In this document: piece after piece, positions 49,424 through 60,247 of the stretch
Layout: every line of letters begins with the position of its first letter
Position numbering within the stretch: the stretch's first letter is position 1
DNA from: a virus
Taxonomy: Duplodnaviria; Caudoviricetes
DNA: 64,000 nt
Virus record (IMG/VR): IMGVR_UViG_3300020048_000112
Coordinates: 7,103-71,102 of that record
Direction: 5' to 3' (one strand)
Position numbers and translations under genes: made by a program
Notes under the pieces: generated by a model
What the model was told of the DNA's origin: nothing
What the model saw: only the letters and a program-made list of their open reading frames with translations
Databases searched by the model: none

Positions 49424-50595
49424 CCAACTGTTACGGTCTTGATAAAGAACTCTTTCATAACCGCATTGAATGGGTAGATAATCACGAGCTTCAGCTGGAG
49501 GCACTCGTAGATAAAGCAGAGAATCCCTTTGAATATCTTGCCGCGGTAATGGCCTATAGAGATGCTCAATCGAGTATTCCTACAGGACACATGGTTAGCT
49601 TCGATGCATGTGCATCAGGATTACAGATCATGGCAGCACTGACAGGATGTCCCATTACAGCAGAGAATACCGGTCTTACAGGTAAGCGCAGAGCAGATAT
49701 CTACTCTAAATGCACTGGGGTGATGGGTGGTATTCTTGGTTCAGAAGTAGAGGTTAAGCGTCCCGAAGTCAAGAAGGCCTTGATGACCCGTTTCTATGGG
49801 TCAAAGGACACCCCTAAGCGTATCTTTGGAGAAGGTACAGATGAATTCAATGCCTTCTATAAGGCATGTGAGATCGTTGCTCCTGGGGCAACAGAGCTGC
49901 TTGATGTGCTGCTTGCAGCATGGCAACCCTACGCTCTGAGTCATGATTGGATTATGCCTGATGGCTTCCATGTGAAGGTGAAGGTCATGACCCCTGTCGA
50001 CACCAAGGTAGAGGTTGATGAGCTTGATCATGCAAGCTTCATGTACAGGCATGAGATCAATCTTGGTACCGAGAGAGGGCTATCATTGGCCGCTAACACT
50101 GTGCATAGCTGCGATGGTATGGTGGTACGGGAGCTATGCCGGCGATGTAACTACAACCTGAATACGCTTATACATACTCGTAATTTACTTATGAATTACA
50201 TCGCTAGTACAGCGCCTCATGATAGAACATGCGTACCCCTCATTGAAGAGTATGCCATGAAATCGGGGTTTGTATCTATTGTAGGTATAGATCATGTGAA
50301 TCATGCTTCTATCGTTGACTTCGGACACCCATACCTGTTGAAACTATATTCACTGGTAGATCATGTACTAGAACATAAACCCTTCCCTGTGGTGACTATC
50401 CACGATGCCTTCAAGGCTCATCCGAACAACATCAATACGGTCAGACAGACCTACATTGATATCATGGCAGAGATAGCCGAGAGTAACATGCTCGAGTTCA
50501 TGCTATCTCAGATCGAAGACAAACCTGTCACAATACAGAAGTACTCACCTGATCTCGGAGAACTTATCAGAGATGGGGAGTATGCACTGAGTTGA
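49381..50595 (+). CDS. RNA polymerase II subunit 2 (N4 gp16-like)
   Basis: LQIDIANCYGLDK, FDACASGLQI (motif A), KKALMTRFYGS (B), TVHSCDG, TIHDAF (C). Confidence 0.95.
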   Translation: MQTYTGKQYLQIDIANCYGLDKELFHNRIEWVDNHELQLEALVDKAENPFEYLAAVMAYRDAQSSIPTGHMVSFDACASGLQIMAALTGCPITAENTGLTGKRRADIYSKCTGVMGGILGSEVEVKRPEVKKALMTRFYGSKDTPKRIFGEGTDEFNAFYKACEIVAPGATELLDVLLAAWQPYALSHDWIMPDGFHVKVKVMTPVDTKVEVDELDHASFMYRHEINLGTERGLSLAANTVHSCDGMVVRELCRRCNYNLNTLIHTRNLLMNYIASTAPHDRTCVPLIEEYAMKSGFVSIVGIDHVNHASIVDFGHPYLLKLYSLVDHVLEHKPFPVVTIHDAFKAHPNNINTVRQTYIDIMAEIAESNMLEFMLSQIEDKPVTIQKYSPDLGELIRDGEYALS

Positions 50596-50601
50596 AATCA
50601 T

Positions 50602-50651
50602 ACAGTCATGGGAAATCGCCTCCGGCGATTCTTGTGACTGTGTTTTTTTTT
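50602..50651 (+). terminator. Intrinsic terminator after RNAPII subunit 2
   Basis: ACAGTCA..AATCGCC-TCC-GGCGATT..TGACTGT compound stem followed by a T9 run. Confidence 0.8.
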
Positions 50652-50830
50652 GTCAGGAAAGAGAGTTAAGAAAAATACCATCGAACCTATATACTAAGTT
50701 TTCAAAATCGACCTTTTTCGGCGATATGAAGACTATATACTAAGGGGTATTTTTGAGGGTATTTCTATACTCTAACTGCCTGACCAACAATTAACTTCTA
50801 TATTGAACCAACAAACAAAGGAGATATCCC

Positions 50831-51874
50831 ATGGGAGCACCTGTGCCTGTAAGTAGTGGTATTCGTATTAACACCGAGGAAGCTGTTAAGGCTGTCAGCA
50901 TGTGCTTCCAGACTAAGCTTGTTCCTATGCTGAGTGGTAGTCCTGGAACAGGAAAGAGCGCTGTCCTGCATCAGATAGCCAAGAAGTTCAAACTGTTCTT
51001 AATAGATATTCGTTTAGCTCAGTGTGACCCGGTTGATCTTTCAGGCTTCCCTATTACCTCTGGGCTGAAGGCTAAGTACTTGCCTATGGATATCTTCCCT
51101 CTTGAAGATGACCCTATTCCTGCTGGATACAATGGCTTCCTCATTCTGCTTGATGAAATCAACTCTGCATCGATGGCAGTCCAGGCTGCAGCTTACAAGC
51201 TGGTATTGGATAGAAAAGTCGGTCAGAAGAATCTTCACCCTAATGCTGTCATTGCCTGTGCGGGTAATCTGATCACTGACGGGGCCATAGTGAATCGATT
51301 GAGTACTGCCATGCAGTCACGCATGATACATCTCGAATTGATGGTAGATCATAAGGTATGGTCTATGTGGGCCTCTGCTAATCATCTGTCAGATAAGGTC
51401 ATCAGCTATATCAATGCTTGTCCTGATAAGCTTCATGTATTTGATCCTCACCATAATGACAAGACCTTTGCCTGTCCAAGAACTTGGTCGTTCACATCCA
51501 GTATCGTACAGTATGGAAAGATGTCTTTGAAGGAGAAGCTTCCTGCTATTGCAGGTGCAATCAGTGAAGGTATTGCCCGGGAGTTTATCACCTACTGTGA
51601 TGTCTATCAGTGGATTCCCACCTATAAGCAAATCATCGCAGATCCGAAGGGTATTGCCCTCACGAATGAGCCGAGCATGTTGGCTGCCCTGGCGGGCACA
51701 GTGGGATCAAACGTGACTGTAGCAGACCTTCCCAAGGCTATTCAGTACATTCACCGTCTACCTATTGAGTTCCAGGTATTTGCATTAAGAGATGCCTGTA
51801 AGCGTAATCCTCAAATGGTACGTGAGAAGGATGTTATTGATTGGCTCAATATGAATAGTGAGGAGTTGTTCTGA
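50831..51874 (+). CDS. AAA+ ATPase (N4 gp24-like)
   Basis: GSPGTGKS, LLDEINSA, CAGN, MQSRMIH, ACPRTWSF. Confidence 0.9.
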   Translation: MGAPVPVSSGIRINTEEAVKAVSMCFQTKLVPMLSGSPGTGKSAVLHQIAKKFKLFLIDIRLAQCDPVDLSGFPITSGLKAKYLPMDIFPLEDDPIPAGYNGFLILLDEINSASMAVQAAAYKLVLDRKVGQKNLHPNAVIACAGNLITDGAIVNRLSTAMQSRMIHLELMVDHKVWSMWASANHLSDKVISYINACPDKLHVFDPHHNDKTFACPRTWSFTSSIVQYGKMSLKEKLPAIAGAISEGIAREFITYCDVYQWIPTYKQIIADPKGIALTNEPSMLAALAGTVGSNVTVADLPKAIQYIHRLPIEFQVFALRDACKRNPQMVREKDVIDWLNMNSEELF

Positions 51875-52625
51875 TGGATGAACCAATCAAAACTACAGGT
51901 GAGTTAGTGCCGTACACGCATCATCCTGATGGTAGAAGAGTTGACGCCAGTGCAGGTGTAATACCTGGAATAGTTAGCGCATATTTTAAATGTAACGACT
52001 GTGGCACTATATTCCCATATGCGAAATATTGGAATAGTCAAGATGACTGCTATGAGTATGCCATACGTTGCAATGGGCAATCAATAACGCTATGCCCCTG
52101 GTGCAGAGAAGACAGTCAACCGTGGACTGTTGGTAGGGGTAAGTGAACCCATAAAATAATAAAGGAATACAAATTGATGGGCTACTTCAAAGAGGACACT
52201 ATAAAAATGAGTCTGATATGCACTATCCGGCTCATTGCAGATAAGCTCAAGGTAGATGTGGAGTTTGATTCATTGGATCGATTGAGCTATGACAATCTCA
52301 ATACTTTCAGAAATGAACTCCTTGAAGAATACAATGCTAAAATAGCAAAAAGAAAAGGAGTTCCTGGAATATGAGAAAAGAATGCGTAGCAACAGTAGAA
52401 GAAGCCCTGATTTATATAACTGATTGCAATCTTGCCACAGTATGTAATATGGCCTCATTGAAATCTAGGCCTAAAGGTGAATTTAGGCGTCAAATTGCTA
52501 TAGCTCAATCAGCTTGTGATTGGATTAAACGCTTCAATATTAATGCTGAATCTACAAGGGCTGTAGATATTATAGGTAAAACTACTGTAGAAAACTGGGC
52601 TTATCAATTCATGCCAAAAAAATAA
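51874..52625 (+). CDS. Three small hypothetical ORFs (51874-52146 Zn-ribbon-like, 52174-52374, 52371-52625)
   Basis: Track ORFs with RBS, located between the gp24- and gp25-like genes. Confidence 0.6.
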
Positions 52626-52636
52626 AGGAGTTTCCC

Positions 52637-53824
52637 ATGTGGGAGAATCGAGAGAAGATCCTAAGCAATGCTAAGTTAGGTTTAATGGCACCTAATGATA
52701 CAGGCGACTATAGTAAACACCCCATCTTTTACAGTTCAATCCTATTCTCATTAAAAATATCTTTTACAGATAAAGTACCTACTGCCGGTGTTGATGGTAA
52801 AAACCTTGTCATTAATCCTGATTGGTTTTGTCCATTAAAGCCTAAAGAGCAGGTAGGTTTGTTGGCTCACGAAGCTTTGCATATTGCCTTTAGGCATATC
52901 GACTACTTCAGGGATTATAACCTGAAAGAGTTCAGTCCTGCAGCAGAGCATTATCTCTGGAATGTTGCCGGGGATCATGTGATCAACCTGGCCTTATTAG
53001 AAGCTGGCTACCATATACCTCCTGGTGGATGTGCTGATAGACGCTTCTACAATATGAGTACTCTGCAGGTGTATAGAGTGCTTCACAATGAATACGATGC
53101 TACTCAACCTCAGCCACAACCTGGGGATGGGGATATCGTATTCCCCGAAGAGGGTAGTTCGGCTAAAGAGGAGCGTGAGATTGCTGATCTACGCGCTCAT
53201 ATTACCGAGGTAATAGGTAAGGCTGCAATAACCTCAAAGATGGGTGGAGAGAATCCTGGAGCTATTCCTGGGGGCATACTCCGTACCCTTGATGAGGTGC
53301 TGAATCCTCTATTACCGTTTGAGGTAATCCTTGCAAATTACATGAGTGTATATGCAAAGGACGATTACACCTACCGAAGACCAAACAGAAGGTTCTTACC
53401 TGATGTTTACCTTCCCTCTGCTTATGGAGAACACCTCTGTAACATAGCATGTGTGTTTGATGTTTCTGGTTCAGTTACCAATGAAGAACTCAGTTCATTC
53501 GGTAGAGGTGTTCGTACTATAGCTGAACAGCTTAAACCTGAGAAAATAACTCTCGTTGAATTTGATACTGAGATCCGAGGTATCAGAGACATTACAGCAA
53601 GTAATAATGTAATGGATGTAAAATTCAGTGGTGGAGGAGGAACCATCATTAAGCCAGTAATGAAATGGATCCAAAAGAATAAACCTGAAGTCACTCTTAT
53701 CTTTAGCGATGGTGACTTCTATAAACCTGATATTAATCCTGGTTCAGATATTATTTGGATCATCCACAGTAACCCGGAGTTCACTGCACCATTTGGTAAA
53801 GTGATTCATTATAAACTTGTTTAA
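52637..53824 (+). CDS. Metallopeptidase-like plus vWA domain protein (N4 gp25-like)
   Basis: LAHEALHIAFRH (HExxH); DVSGS MIDAS motif, GGGGT, FSDG. Confidence 0.9.
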   Translation: MWENREKILSNAKLGLMAPNDTGDYSKHPIFYSSILFSLKISFTDKVPTAGVDGKNLVINPDWFCPLKPKEQVGLLAHEALHIAFRHIDYFRDYNLKEFSPAAEHYLWNVAGDHVINLALLEAGYHIPPGGCADRRFYNMSTLQVYRVLHNEYDATQPQPQPGDGDIVFPEEGSSAKEEREIADLRAHITEVIGKAAITSKMGGENPGAIPGGILRTLDEVLNPLLPFEVILANYMSVYAKDDYTYRRPNRRFLPDVYLPSAYGEHLCNIACVFDVSGSVTNEELSSFGRGVRTIAEQLKPEKITLVEFDTEIRGIRDITASNNVMDVKFSGGGGTIIKPVMKWIQKNKPEVTLIFSDGDFYKPDINPGSDIIWIIHSNPEFTAPFGKVIHYKLV

Positions 53825-53838
53825 TTAAAGGCCAGACG

Positions 53839-55113
53839 ATGAGTACAATGCAACTTACGGATGATCAACAAAATGCGTCTGCTGCATTTACTGATTTTCT
53901 GTTAAATGAAAATGAGAAGTACATGGTAATAGCTGGAGCTGCAGGTACAGGAAAGAGTACTCTCATGCGTCATCTAGTAAATACCGTTCAGGCAAAAATG
54001 AGAATGTTTTCTCTGCTGCTTGGAAAGAAACGAGAGCAAGGTGATTTCACTATTGAACTCACCGCTACAACGAATAAAGCTGCAGCAGTATTATCTGATT
54101 TATCTGGCGATACTGCTCGCACTATCCATTCTCGATTAGGTCTTGTTGCTAAACAAGATTTCAAAACAGGAGAGCTTGAATTCATTAAAGGTAAAAACTA
54201 TGAGGTTATTTATAATACCCTCCTAGTTATTGATGAGGCTTCCTTCATAAGCAGTAAGCTGTTCAAAGATATCGATTCATCAACAGTGGATTGTAAGATT
54301 CTACTTGTAGGCGATCAATATCAATTAGCACCAGTCAGACAAACTGTACCAATCATGGATTCTATTGATTGTACCAAGGTATCTCTTGATAAAATCATGC
54401 GTCATGGTGGAGCTATTGCCGAATCTGGGGCTAACTTCAGAGAGACAGTTAAGACCGGTATCTTCACTGATATTACCCCTAATGGGGTAGATATCATTCA
54501 TGTCGACGGTCCTACCTTTCAGCGTATGATTGATGATGAATTTACTCATCCGGATTACGAAGCATCAAAGGCACGTATTCTTGCCTGGACTAATGAAAAG
54601 GTACAGCAATACAATGCCCATATCAGAAGCATACTAGGGTATGATTCACAGTTAGGAGAGGGTGATGTACTTACTACCAATAACCCTATTTTAGCTAAAA
54701 ACTATACTCTGGCTAACACCGATGCCTTTGTAAGAATCACCGATATTATTCGTGAAGTTACTAATCAAGGTATATCTGGAAGAATAGTAGAAATCAATAA
54801 CATGTATGAATACTTCCTTCCGGATAGCCAATATGAGGTAAGCCAGCTATTGAAACAATATGCTAAGGCTGGTAACTGGATGCAGTATTATAGTATTAAG
54901 AATCACTGGTTAGACCTACGACCAGTGTATGCAAGCACCATTCATAAAGCGCAAGGCAGTACTTATGATACTGTGTTTATAAATCTGAGTGACATTGGTC
55001 GCTGTAATATAGCATCTGATGTAGCACGTATGATGTACGTTGGAATGACTCGGGCGGCAAAGAGAGTAGTATTATATGGTCAACTTCCAGAAAAATATCG
55101 AGGTAAACACTAA
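53839..55113 (+). CDS. SF1 RecD/Dda-like DNA helicase (N4 gp37-like)
   Basis: GAAGTGKS, IDEASF, GDQYQLAPV, YASTIHKAQGSTY, YVGMTRA. Confidence 0.92.
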   Translation: MSTMQLTDDQQNASAAFTDFLLNENEKYMVIAGAAGTGKSTLMRHLVNTVQAKMRMFSLLLGKKREQGDFTIELTATTNKAAAVLSDLSGDTARTIHSRLGLVAKQDFKTGELEFIKGKNYEVIYNTLLVIDEASFISSKLFKDIDSSTVDCKILLVGDQYQLAPVRQTVPIMDSIDCTKVSLDKIMRHGGAIAESGANFRETVKTGIFTDITPNGVDIIHVDGPTFQRMIDDEFTHPDYEASKARILAWTNEKVQQYNAHIRSILGYDSQLGEGDVLTTNNPILAKNYTLANTDAFVRITDIIREVTNQGISGRIVEINNMYEYFLPDSQYEVSQLLKQYAKAGNWMQYYSIKNHWLDLRPVYASTIHKAQGSTYDTVFINLSDIGRCNIASDVARMMYVGMTRAAKRVVLYGQLPEKYRGKH

Positions 55114-55655
55114 TGAGATTCATCAAATTTACTATAGGTAAACAACGCTACGCCGTATATGAAAACGGCTTAGTATACTCATTTCAAAAGAACCGTTGGT
55201 TACATATTTTTGGTAATGGTACAGGATATAAAAATGTGAAATTATGGGATGGCTCTAAAACAATAATTATGTATTTGCATATTCTTGTTGCTACACATTT
55301 TATAGCTAATCCGGAAAACAAACCGGAGGTAAATCATAAAGATGGTAATAAAGAAAATAATCATTTTTCTAATTTAGAGTGGAATACTAGATTAGAAAAT
55401 ATGACCCATGCTTATGACTCAGGGTTATTTTCCGAATATCGCCGTATACAGAGAGAAGAACGAAACCGTTGGGTAGGCCTTAGTAATTCAACTAGAACTA
55501 TCCTGGCGGTCACAGATATACACAACAAGACAGGAAACTATAAAGTTTTAACACGGTGTAAATGCTCAAATGAACTGCTCATGTACTTCAATGATTTTCA
55601 GAAGGACAAGCAAAATTATTGTGCAAAATGCCGACCTAAAAGTAGCTATAGTTAA
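55113..55655 (+). CDS. HNH homing endonuclease
   Basis: HILVATHFIANPENKPEVNHKDGNKENNHFSNLEW. Confidence 0.88.
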   Translation: MRFIKFTIGKQRYAVYENGLVYSFQKNRWLHIFGNGTGYKNVKLWDGSKTIIMYLHILVATHFIANPENKPEVNHKDGNKENNHFSNLEWNTRLENMTHAYDSGLFSEYRRIQREERNRWVGLSNSTRTILAVTDIHNKTGNYKVLTRCKCSNELLMYFNDFQKDKQNYCAKCRPKSSYS

Positions 55656-55668
55656 GTGGGGGGATATA

Positions 55669-56199
55669 ATGTTAACTCTAGGTGAAATCAAAACCAGAAA
55701 TAAGTATTTGCTTACTATACGCTCAGTATTTGAAAGAACTGTATATGAGCAAAGGGATCTAGCTAAAGCTGAAAGAATCGAAGAAGCTATAGCTAAAAAT
55801 ACCAGATTACTTGGAGATGTTTCACCTACATTTATTTATAAGGGAGTCATCTATCAAGCCTGGTGGTACGGTCGACAGAAGGGATTCAACAGACAGATAC
55901 ATCCCGATGCTCTTGCAGATGTTATATTTGCAATCGATAATCAAGACTTTGATGTACTCGTTGAAGAAAAGAAAGTGATGAACTACATCAATAATACATT
56001 GGGTATATCTCAACATGTAAACGATCTATTCTGCTTAATACCTGATCGTATTCATTCGCCGATAAGACAAATTAATACCCAATATTTTAATATTGGTGAA
56101 CCAATGACAGAAGACCAACTGTCTCAATTCAAAGAAAACAATCGATCGGGATTGATTGCATTTAAGCGATTATTCCTTGAAAGATTAATTATGTCCTAG
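55669..56199 (+). CDS. N4 gp38-like hypothetical protein
   Basis: GGGGG RBS before ATG 55669; position between helicase and DNA polymerase. Confidence 0.6.
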   Translation: MLTLGEIKTRNKYLLTIRSVFERTVYEQRDLAKAERIEEAIAKNTRLLGDVSPTFIYKGVIYQAWWYGRQKGFNRQIHPDALADVIFAIDNQDFDVLVEEKKVMNYINNTLGISQHVNDLFCLIPDRIHSPIRQINTQYFNIGEPMTEDQLSQFKENNRSGLIAFKRLFLERLIMS

Positions 56200-56208
56200 A
56201 GGAGTATT

Positions 56209-56451
56209 ATGAAACGCTGGCGTAAACAACCAAGTGCAACAGGCCTTGCAAAAATATGTCAAGGTCCAAGAGGATATGAATTACGTGAGAATGGTGTAAT
56301 TATTGCTCATGTTGCCCCTGTAACTAAAATTAGGTTTACTATAGTTGGGTGGTATTGGTATGGCTTTGGTAAGAATACTTACGGTAATCCTGTAAAAACT
56401 GCTGAAGAAGCCAAAGCACAAGTAATGGCCTATTTAAAAGAAAAAGGATAA
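56209..56451 (+). CDS. Hypothetical protein
   Basis: GAGGAG RBS; 80 aa. Confidence 0.65.
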   Translation: MKRWRKQPSATGLAKICQGPRGYELRENGVIIAHVAPVTKIRFTIVGWYWYGFGKNTYGNPVKTAEEAKAQVMAYLKEKG

Positions 56452-56454
56452 AGA

Positions 56455-59031
56455 ATGCGTCATATATTGTTTGGAGCAGACGCGAGTAAACTTACAGTTG
56501 CCCTTCTGATAAAAGATTCCAGCTTCAACAAAGCACACATACTAACCCAGTATGTAAACCCTCTTGTTGAGGCTGGAATAAGCAAAGATAGTATTGTTGC
56601 ATTCACACTTAAATATGGTGCATCAAAGAAAGTCAAAGCGGCATATCAGAAGGAGTACCTGGACGTACTACTTCCTGCAATAGATGAACTCGGTATTAAA
56701 GTTTTATACTGCACTGATACCGAGTATTTCAAAACCTTAACTAAGAATCGTACAGCAGAACCTTTTCATGGATGTGTAGTGCCGTGTGCATTGAATGTAT
56801 CTATGGATGTTGTACTCGGTATTAATTACCAAGCAATATTCTATAATCCATTACTTAAACCTAAATTAGAAGTGTCGCTTAAAACACTATCTGATTGTTT
56901 ATTGAACACTCATATTGAACCAGGAAATAACATCATTCACCTGGGCTTATATCCAGATTCGGTAGATGATATCAAAGCTAGTTTAGAGAATCTTCATCAA
57001 TACCCGATGCTCACATGTGACATCGAGGGCTTCAGTCTGAAGTTCTACAACTGTGGTGTGGGTACCATATCGTTTGCCTGGGATGAACATCATGGTATTG
57101 CCTTTGCGGTGGACTGTGGACCCGAGGGTAATGGGGCTGTAGTGAGGGATCTCATTAAAGAGTTCCTTACATCCTACAAAGGTACGCTCATTTACCACCG
57201 AGCAGCGTTTGATATAAAGGTACTTGTGTATCAGCTTTGGATGAAAGACCTGGGTGATTATGCAGGTATGCTTGATGGTATTGAAATACTCACGCGTAAA
57301 TTTGAAGATACTTTACTCATAGCCTATCTTGCTACCAACAACACAGTAAAGAATATATTAGGGTTGAAGCACTTGGCTCAGTCATTTGCAGGTAACTGGG
57401 CACAAGAAGAGATCAATGATATTACACTCATTCCTTTAGATCAATTGTTGGAGTACAACCTGAAGGATTGTTTAGCTACTTGGTTCGTATTCAATAAATA
57501 CTACCCTAAAATGGTAGAGGATGACCAACTGCATTTCTATTTGAACCAAATGAAACCAGCAGTAAAGCTCATCCTACAGATTGAATTAACCGGTATGCCT
57601 ATTGACCCTGTAAAGGTTCAAGAAGCACGAGCAATACTTGAGAAGATAGTAGGTGAGCACCACGCATATCTTGAAAATTCTCCTATCATAAAAGATTTCC
57701 ATAATCAACAATTAGAGGAACGGGTTGCTTATGACAATACCAAGCTTAAAAAGAAAGTAAGAGTACTAAGCGACTTTGCTGATGTGAAGTTTAACCCGGG
57801 CAGTGATCAACAGCTTCAAGGTCTTATCTATGATTACCTCGGCTACGAGGTTATTGATACGACTGATGGTGGTCAGCCGGCAACAGGAAGTAAGACTCTT
57901 GAGAAGCTCATTAACCATGCTAAAACAGATGTGCATAAGGAAATATTTGAGCATCTGATTGGCCTGGCTAAAGCAGATAAAATACTCACAAGCTTCATCC
58001 CTGCATTTGAACAAGCTCAACAGTTACCAGATGGGTCATATAGATTGTATGGAAGCTTTAACCAAGGTGGTACGCAAAGCGGGAGGCTTTCTAGCTCAGA
58101 TCCGAACATGCAAAACATACCTTCTGGCTCAAAGTACGCTAAGATTATCAAGGCGTGTTTTATATCATTATTTGGTTGGTTGTTCTGTGGTGCAGACTTC
58201 AAAGCATTAGAGGCAGTATGTGAGGCATTACTTTCCAAAGACCCTAATAAGCTGAAGGTATACATAGATGGGTTTGACTCCCATTGTGTAAACACCTATG
58301 CATATTTCGGGGATCAAATGCTAGATATCGATCCTAATTCAGTTGAATCAATTAATTCGATACAAGACAAATATAAACCTCTACGGCAGAAATCAAAATC
58401 ACCAACCTTCGCTTTACAATACCAAGGTACTTGGCGCACTATTATGAAGAGTGCCGGCTTGACTGAAGTAGTTTCCAGACAGGTAGAAACCAACTATCAT
58501 AAGCTCTACGAAGTATCAGATACATGGATAAAAGGTGTACTTGATGCTGCCCATACCGATGGCTTCATCCTTGGTGCCTTTGGCCTCAAGATAAGAACAC
58601 CCATCCTCAAGCAAACCGTTATCAGTAAAAAAATGCCCTACATGGCTACTGCTGAACGCAGATCAGCCGGCAATGCCAAGACACAGAGTTATGGATTGCT
58701 CAACACCAGGGCTGCTGTAGAGCTTCAGGACCGCATTCTCAAATCACCCTATAGGCTCGACATCATGCCGTCAGCTCTCATCCATGATGCCATATACATG
58801 ATGGTAAGAAACAAGCCATCTGCCGTTAAATGGCTTAATGACAACCTCATTGAGTGTATGTGCTGGTGTGAACTACCAGAGCTTCAACATGATATCGTTA
58901 AGCTAGGGGCTGCTATGGATATCTATTGGCCCCATTGGGGAACTGCACTCACTCTCCCGAATAGTATAACCAAGGAGGAAATTCAAGCTTTAGCTCTTGA
59001 GTATAAAGCAAAGGTAAACTCACCTAAATGA
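56455..59031 (+). CDS. Family A DNA polymerase (N4 gp39-like)
   Basis: Exo motifs CDIEG and YNLKD; GTQSGRLSSSDPNMQN; GADFKALE; RQKSKSPTFALQYQG; IHDAIY. Confidence 0.95.
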   Translation: MRHILFGADASKLTVALLIKDSSFNKAHILTQYVNPLVEAGISKDSIVAFTLKYGASKKVKAAYQKEYLDVLLPAIDELGIKVLYCTDTEYFKTLTKNRTAEPFHGCVVPCALNVSMDVVLGINYQAIFYNPLLKPKLEVSLKTLSDCLLNTHIEPGNNIIHLGLYPDSVDDIKASLENLHQYPMLTCDIEGFSLKFYNCGVGTISFAWDEHHGIAFAVDCGPEGNGAVVRDLIKEFLTSYKGTLIYHRAAFDIKVLVYQLWMKDLGDYAGMLDGIEILTRKFEDTLLIAYLATNNTVKNILGLKHLAQSFAGNWAQEEINDITLIPLDQLLEYNLKDCLATWFVFNKYYPKMVEDDQLHFYLNQMKPAVKLILQIELTGMPIDPVKVQEARAILEKIVGEHHAYLENSPIIKDFHNQQLEERVAYDNTKLKKKVRVLSDFADVKFNPGSDQQLQGLIYDYLGYEVIDTTDGGQPATGSKTLEKLINHAKTDVHKEIFEHLIGLAKADKILTSFIPAFEQAQQLPDGSYRLYGSFNQGGTQSGRLSSSDPNMQNIPSGSKYAKIIKACFISLFGWLFCGADFKALEAVCEALLSKDPNKLKVYIDGFDSHCVNTYAYFGDQMLDIDPNSVESINSIQDKYKPLRQKSKSPTFALQYQGTWRTIMKSAGLTEVVSRQVETNYHKLYEVSDTWIKGVLDAAHTDGFILGAFGLKIRTPILKQTVISKKMPYMATAERRSAGNAKTQSYGLLNTRAAVELQDRILKSPYRLDIMPSALIHDAIYMMVRNKPSAVKWLNDNLIECMCWCELPELQHDIVKLGAAMDIYWPHWGTALTLPNSITKEEIQALALEYKAKVNSPK

Positions 59032-59378
59032 ACGAATATCAATATTACTGTAATTGCGTCGATTGGCCTAGGGAGGATGTAAATGCCTTAACAGAGATGA
59101 TCGATAAGGAAAGAGCTATCTCACGTAGGGTATTTGTGACTCATGTAAGGAGGTCAGATCTCCTCTGTTTAGAGAGACTCATGGGTTATACCATGGGTAC
59201 TCTCACTATGGCTGGAGACTGGCATGTCCAATACTATAAATCAAAATACAAAGGAAATACCGCTTACTACTTCAAGCATAGCGCGATTGAGTATGTATTT
59301 TTGAGCCAAGAACAAAAGGAAATATCTGTACCATGGCAACACCTAATTACACAAAACAACTCAAAGACAATGGCATAA
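59028..59378 (+). CDS. Hypothetical protein
   Basis: Overlaps the Pol stop; DWHVQYYKSKY...YYFKHSAIEYVF. Confidence 0.6.
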   Translation: MNEYQYYCNCVDWPREDVNALTEMIDKERAISRRVFVTHVRRSDLLCLERLMGYTMGTLTMAGDWHVQYYKSKYKGNTAYYFKHSAIEYVFLSQEQKEISVPWQHLITQNNSKTMA

Positions 59379-59569
59379 CCGCTACGAGTGACGGCTTACT
59401 TTGTGATTTCATATACAGAGGCCTCTACTCGGCAGCTGTAGCTACATTGGAAGAATCTGTAAGTAAGCGTAGGCTGGAGCTTAAATTTCTAGCTGAGTTA
59501 AAAAATAACCTCAAACAAGAAATACTCCTCGCTCGTATAGAGGAGCACCTGAAGGAAACTAATGTATAA
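59333..59569 (+). CDS. Hypothetical protein
   Basis: 78-aa ORF with AAGGA upstream. Confidence 0.5.
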   Translation: MATPNYTKQLKDNGITATSDGLLCDFIYRGLYSAAVATLEESVSKRRLELKFLAELKNNLKQEILLARIEEHLKETNV

Positions 59570-60086
59570 ACCACTTAAAGTAGAGTTAATGTCTGTCTGG
59601 GGTGTATTGGAATCGATTGAGGCTATGCGTTTACCTAAAGGTAGTGAGAGTGATAGTCATTTTAACTACGATGGCAGCATTGCACTTGGACCTGGTGACA
59701 TTGATCTCGCTGGCAGACTTATTCGTGCCGGCAGTGACCATGCTAAGGCTATGCGGGGTATTGTAGTCTATATTCGTATGGAAATGCAGGTAGGATTCAT
59801 GATTGAATTCGAGACTTACCGGCATGGTGTGGAATGTCTTTCTACGTCCTCTGCTATGCATGGTGAGTTAAAAGAACTCACCGGTATTTCTCTTGCAGAA
59901 CAGAAGCAGGCTGATCTTCCAGGTAAGGTATACACCCGTATTGTCATGATATCATACCAAGCATTACGGGCCATGTATAAGGCAAGAAGGAAGCACCGTC
60001 ATCCGGATTGGCAGATATTCTGTAATTTCATTGACAGTCTCCCTCATTTTAATGTACTGATAATGCCGGAGTTAAAGTTGAAATAA
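59562..60086 (+). CDS. ThyX-like (flavin-dependent thymidylate synthase-like) short protein
   Basis: HAKAMRGIVVY...EFETYRHGVECLSTSSAMH, SYQALRAMYKARRKHRHPDWQIFC; divergent from canonical ThyX. Confidence 0.5.
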   Translation: MYKPLKVELMSVWGVLESIEAMRLPKGSESDSHFNYDGSIALGPGDIDLAGRLIRAGSDHAKAMRGIVVYIRMEMQVGFMIEFETYRHGVECLSTSSAMHGELKELTGISLAEQKQADLPGKVYTRIVMISYQALRAMYKARRKHRHPDWQIFCNFIDSLPHFNVLIMPELKLK

Positions 60087-60247
60087 CATTAAATTTTATC
60101 CAGAGCTGGTGCAGGCAGATGGTTCGATCCCATTCAAAAAGACACCGAGGAAACAAGGATCAAGTGCTGGTGCAAAACGTGTTGGGACACGCAAGAGACA
60201 AACAGGTTCGATTCCTGTATTCCCACTGGATAATTAAGGAGAATCCC

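Noticed and set aside
50831-53824. AAA+ ATPase plus vWA/metallopeptidase pair as a new system
   Set aside because: Corresponds to the conserved N4 gp24/gp25 pair.
56455-59031. Intein or intron in DNA polymerase, terminase, helicase or RNAP
   Set aside because: Sizes match uninterrupted N4 homologues and no intein splice motifs were seen; the HNH gene (55113) is free-standing.
60105-60140. Isolated T-arm-like hairpin GATGG-TTCGATC-CCATT
   Set aside because: No D arm, anticodon arm or acceptor stem could be built around it; at most a tRNA remnant.
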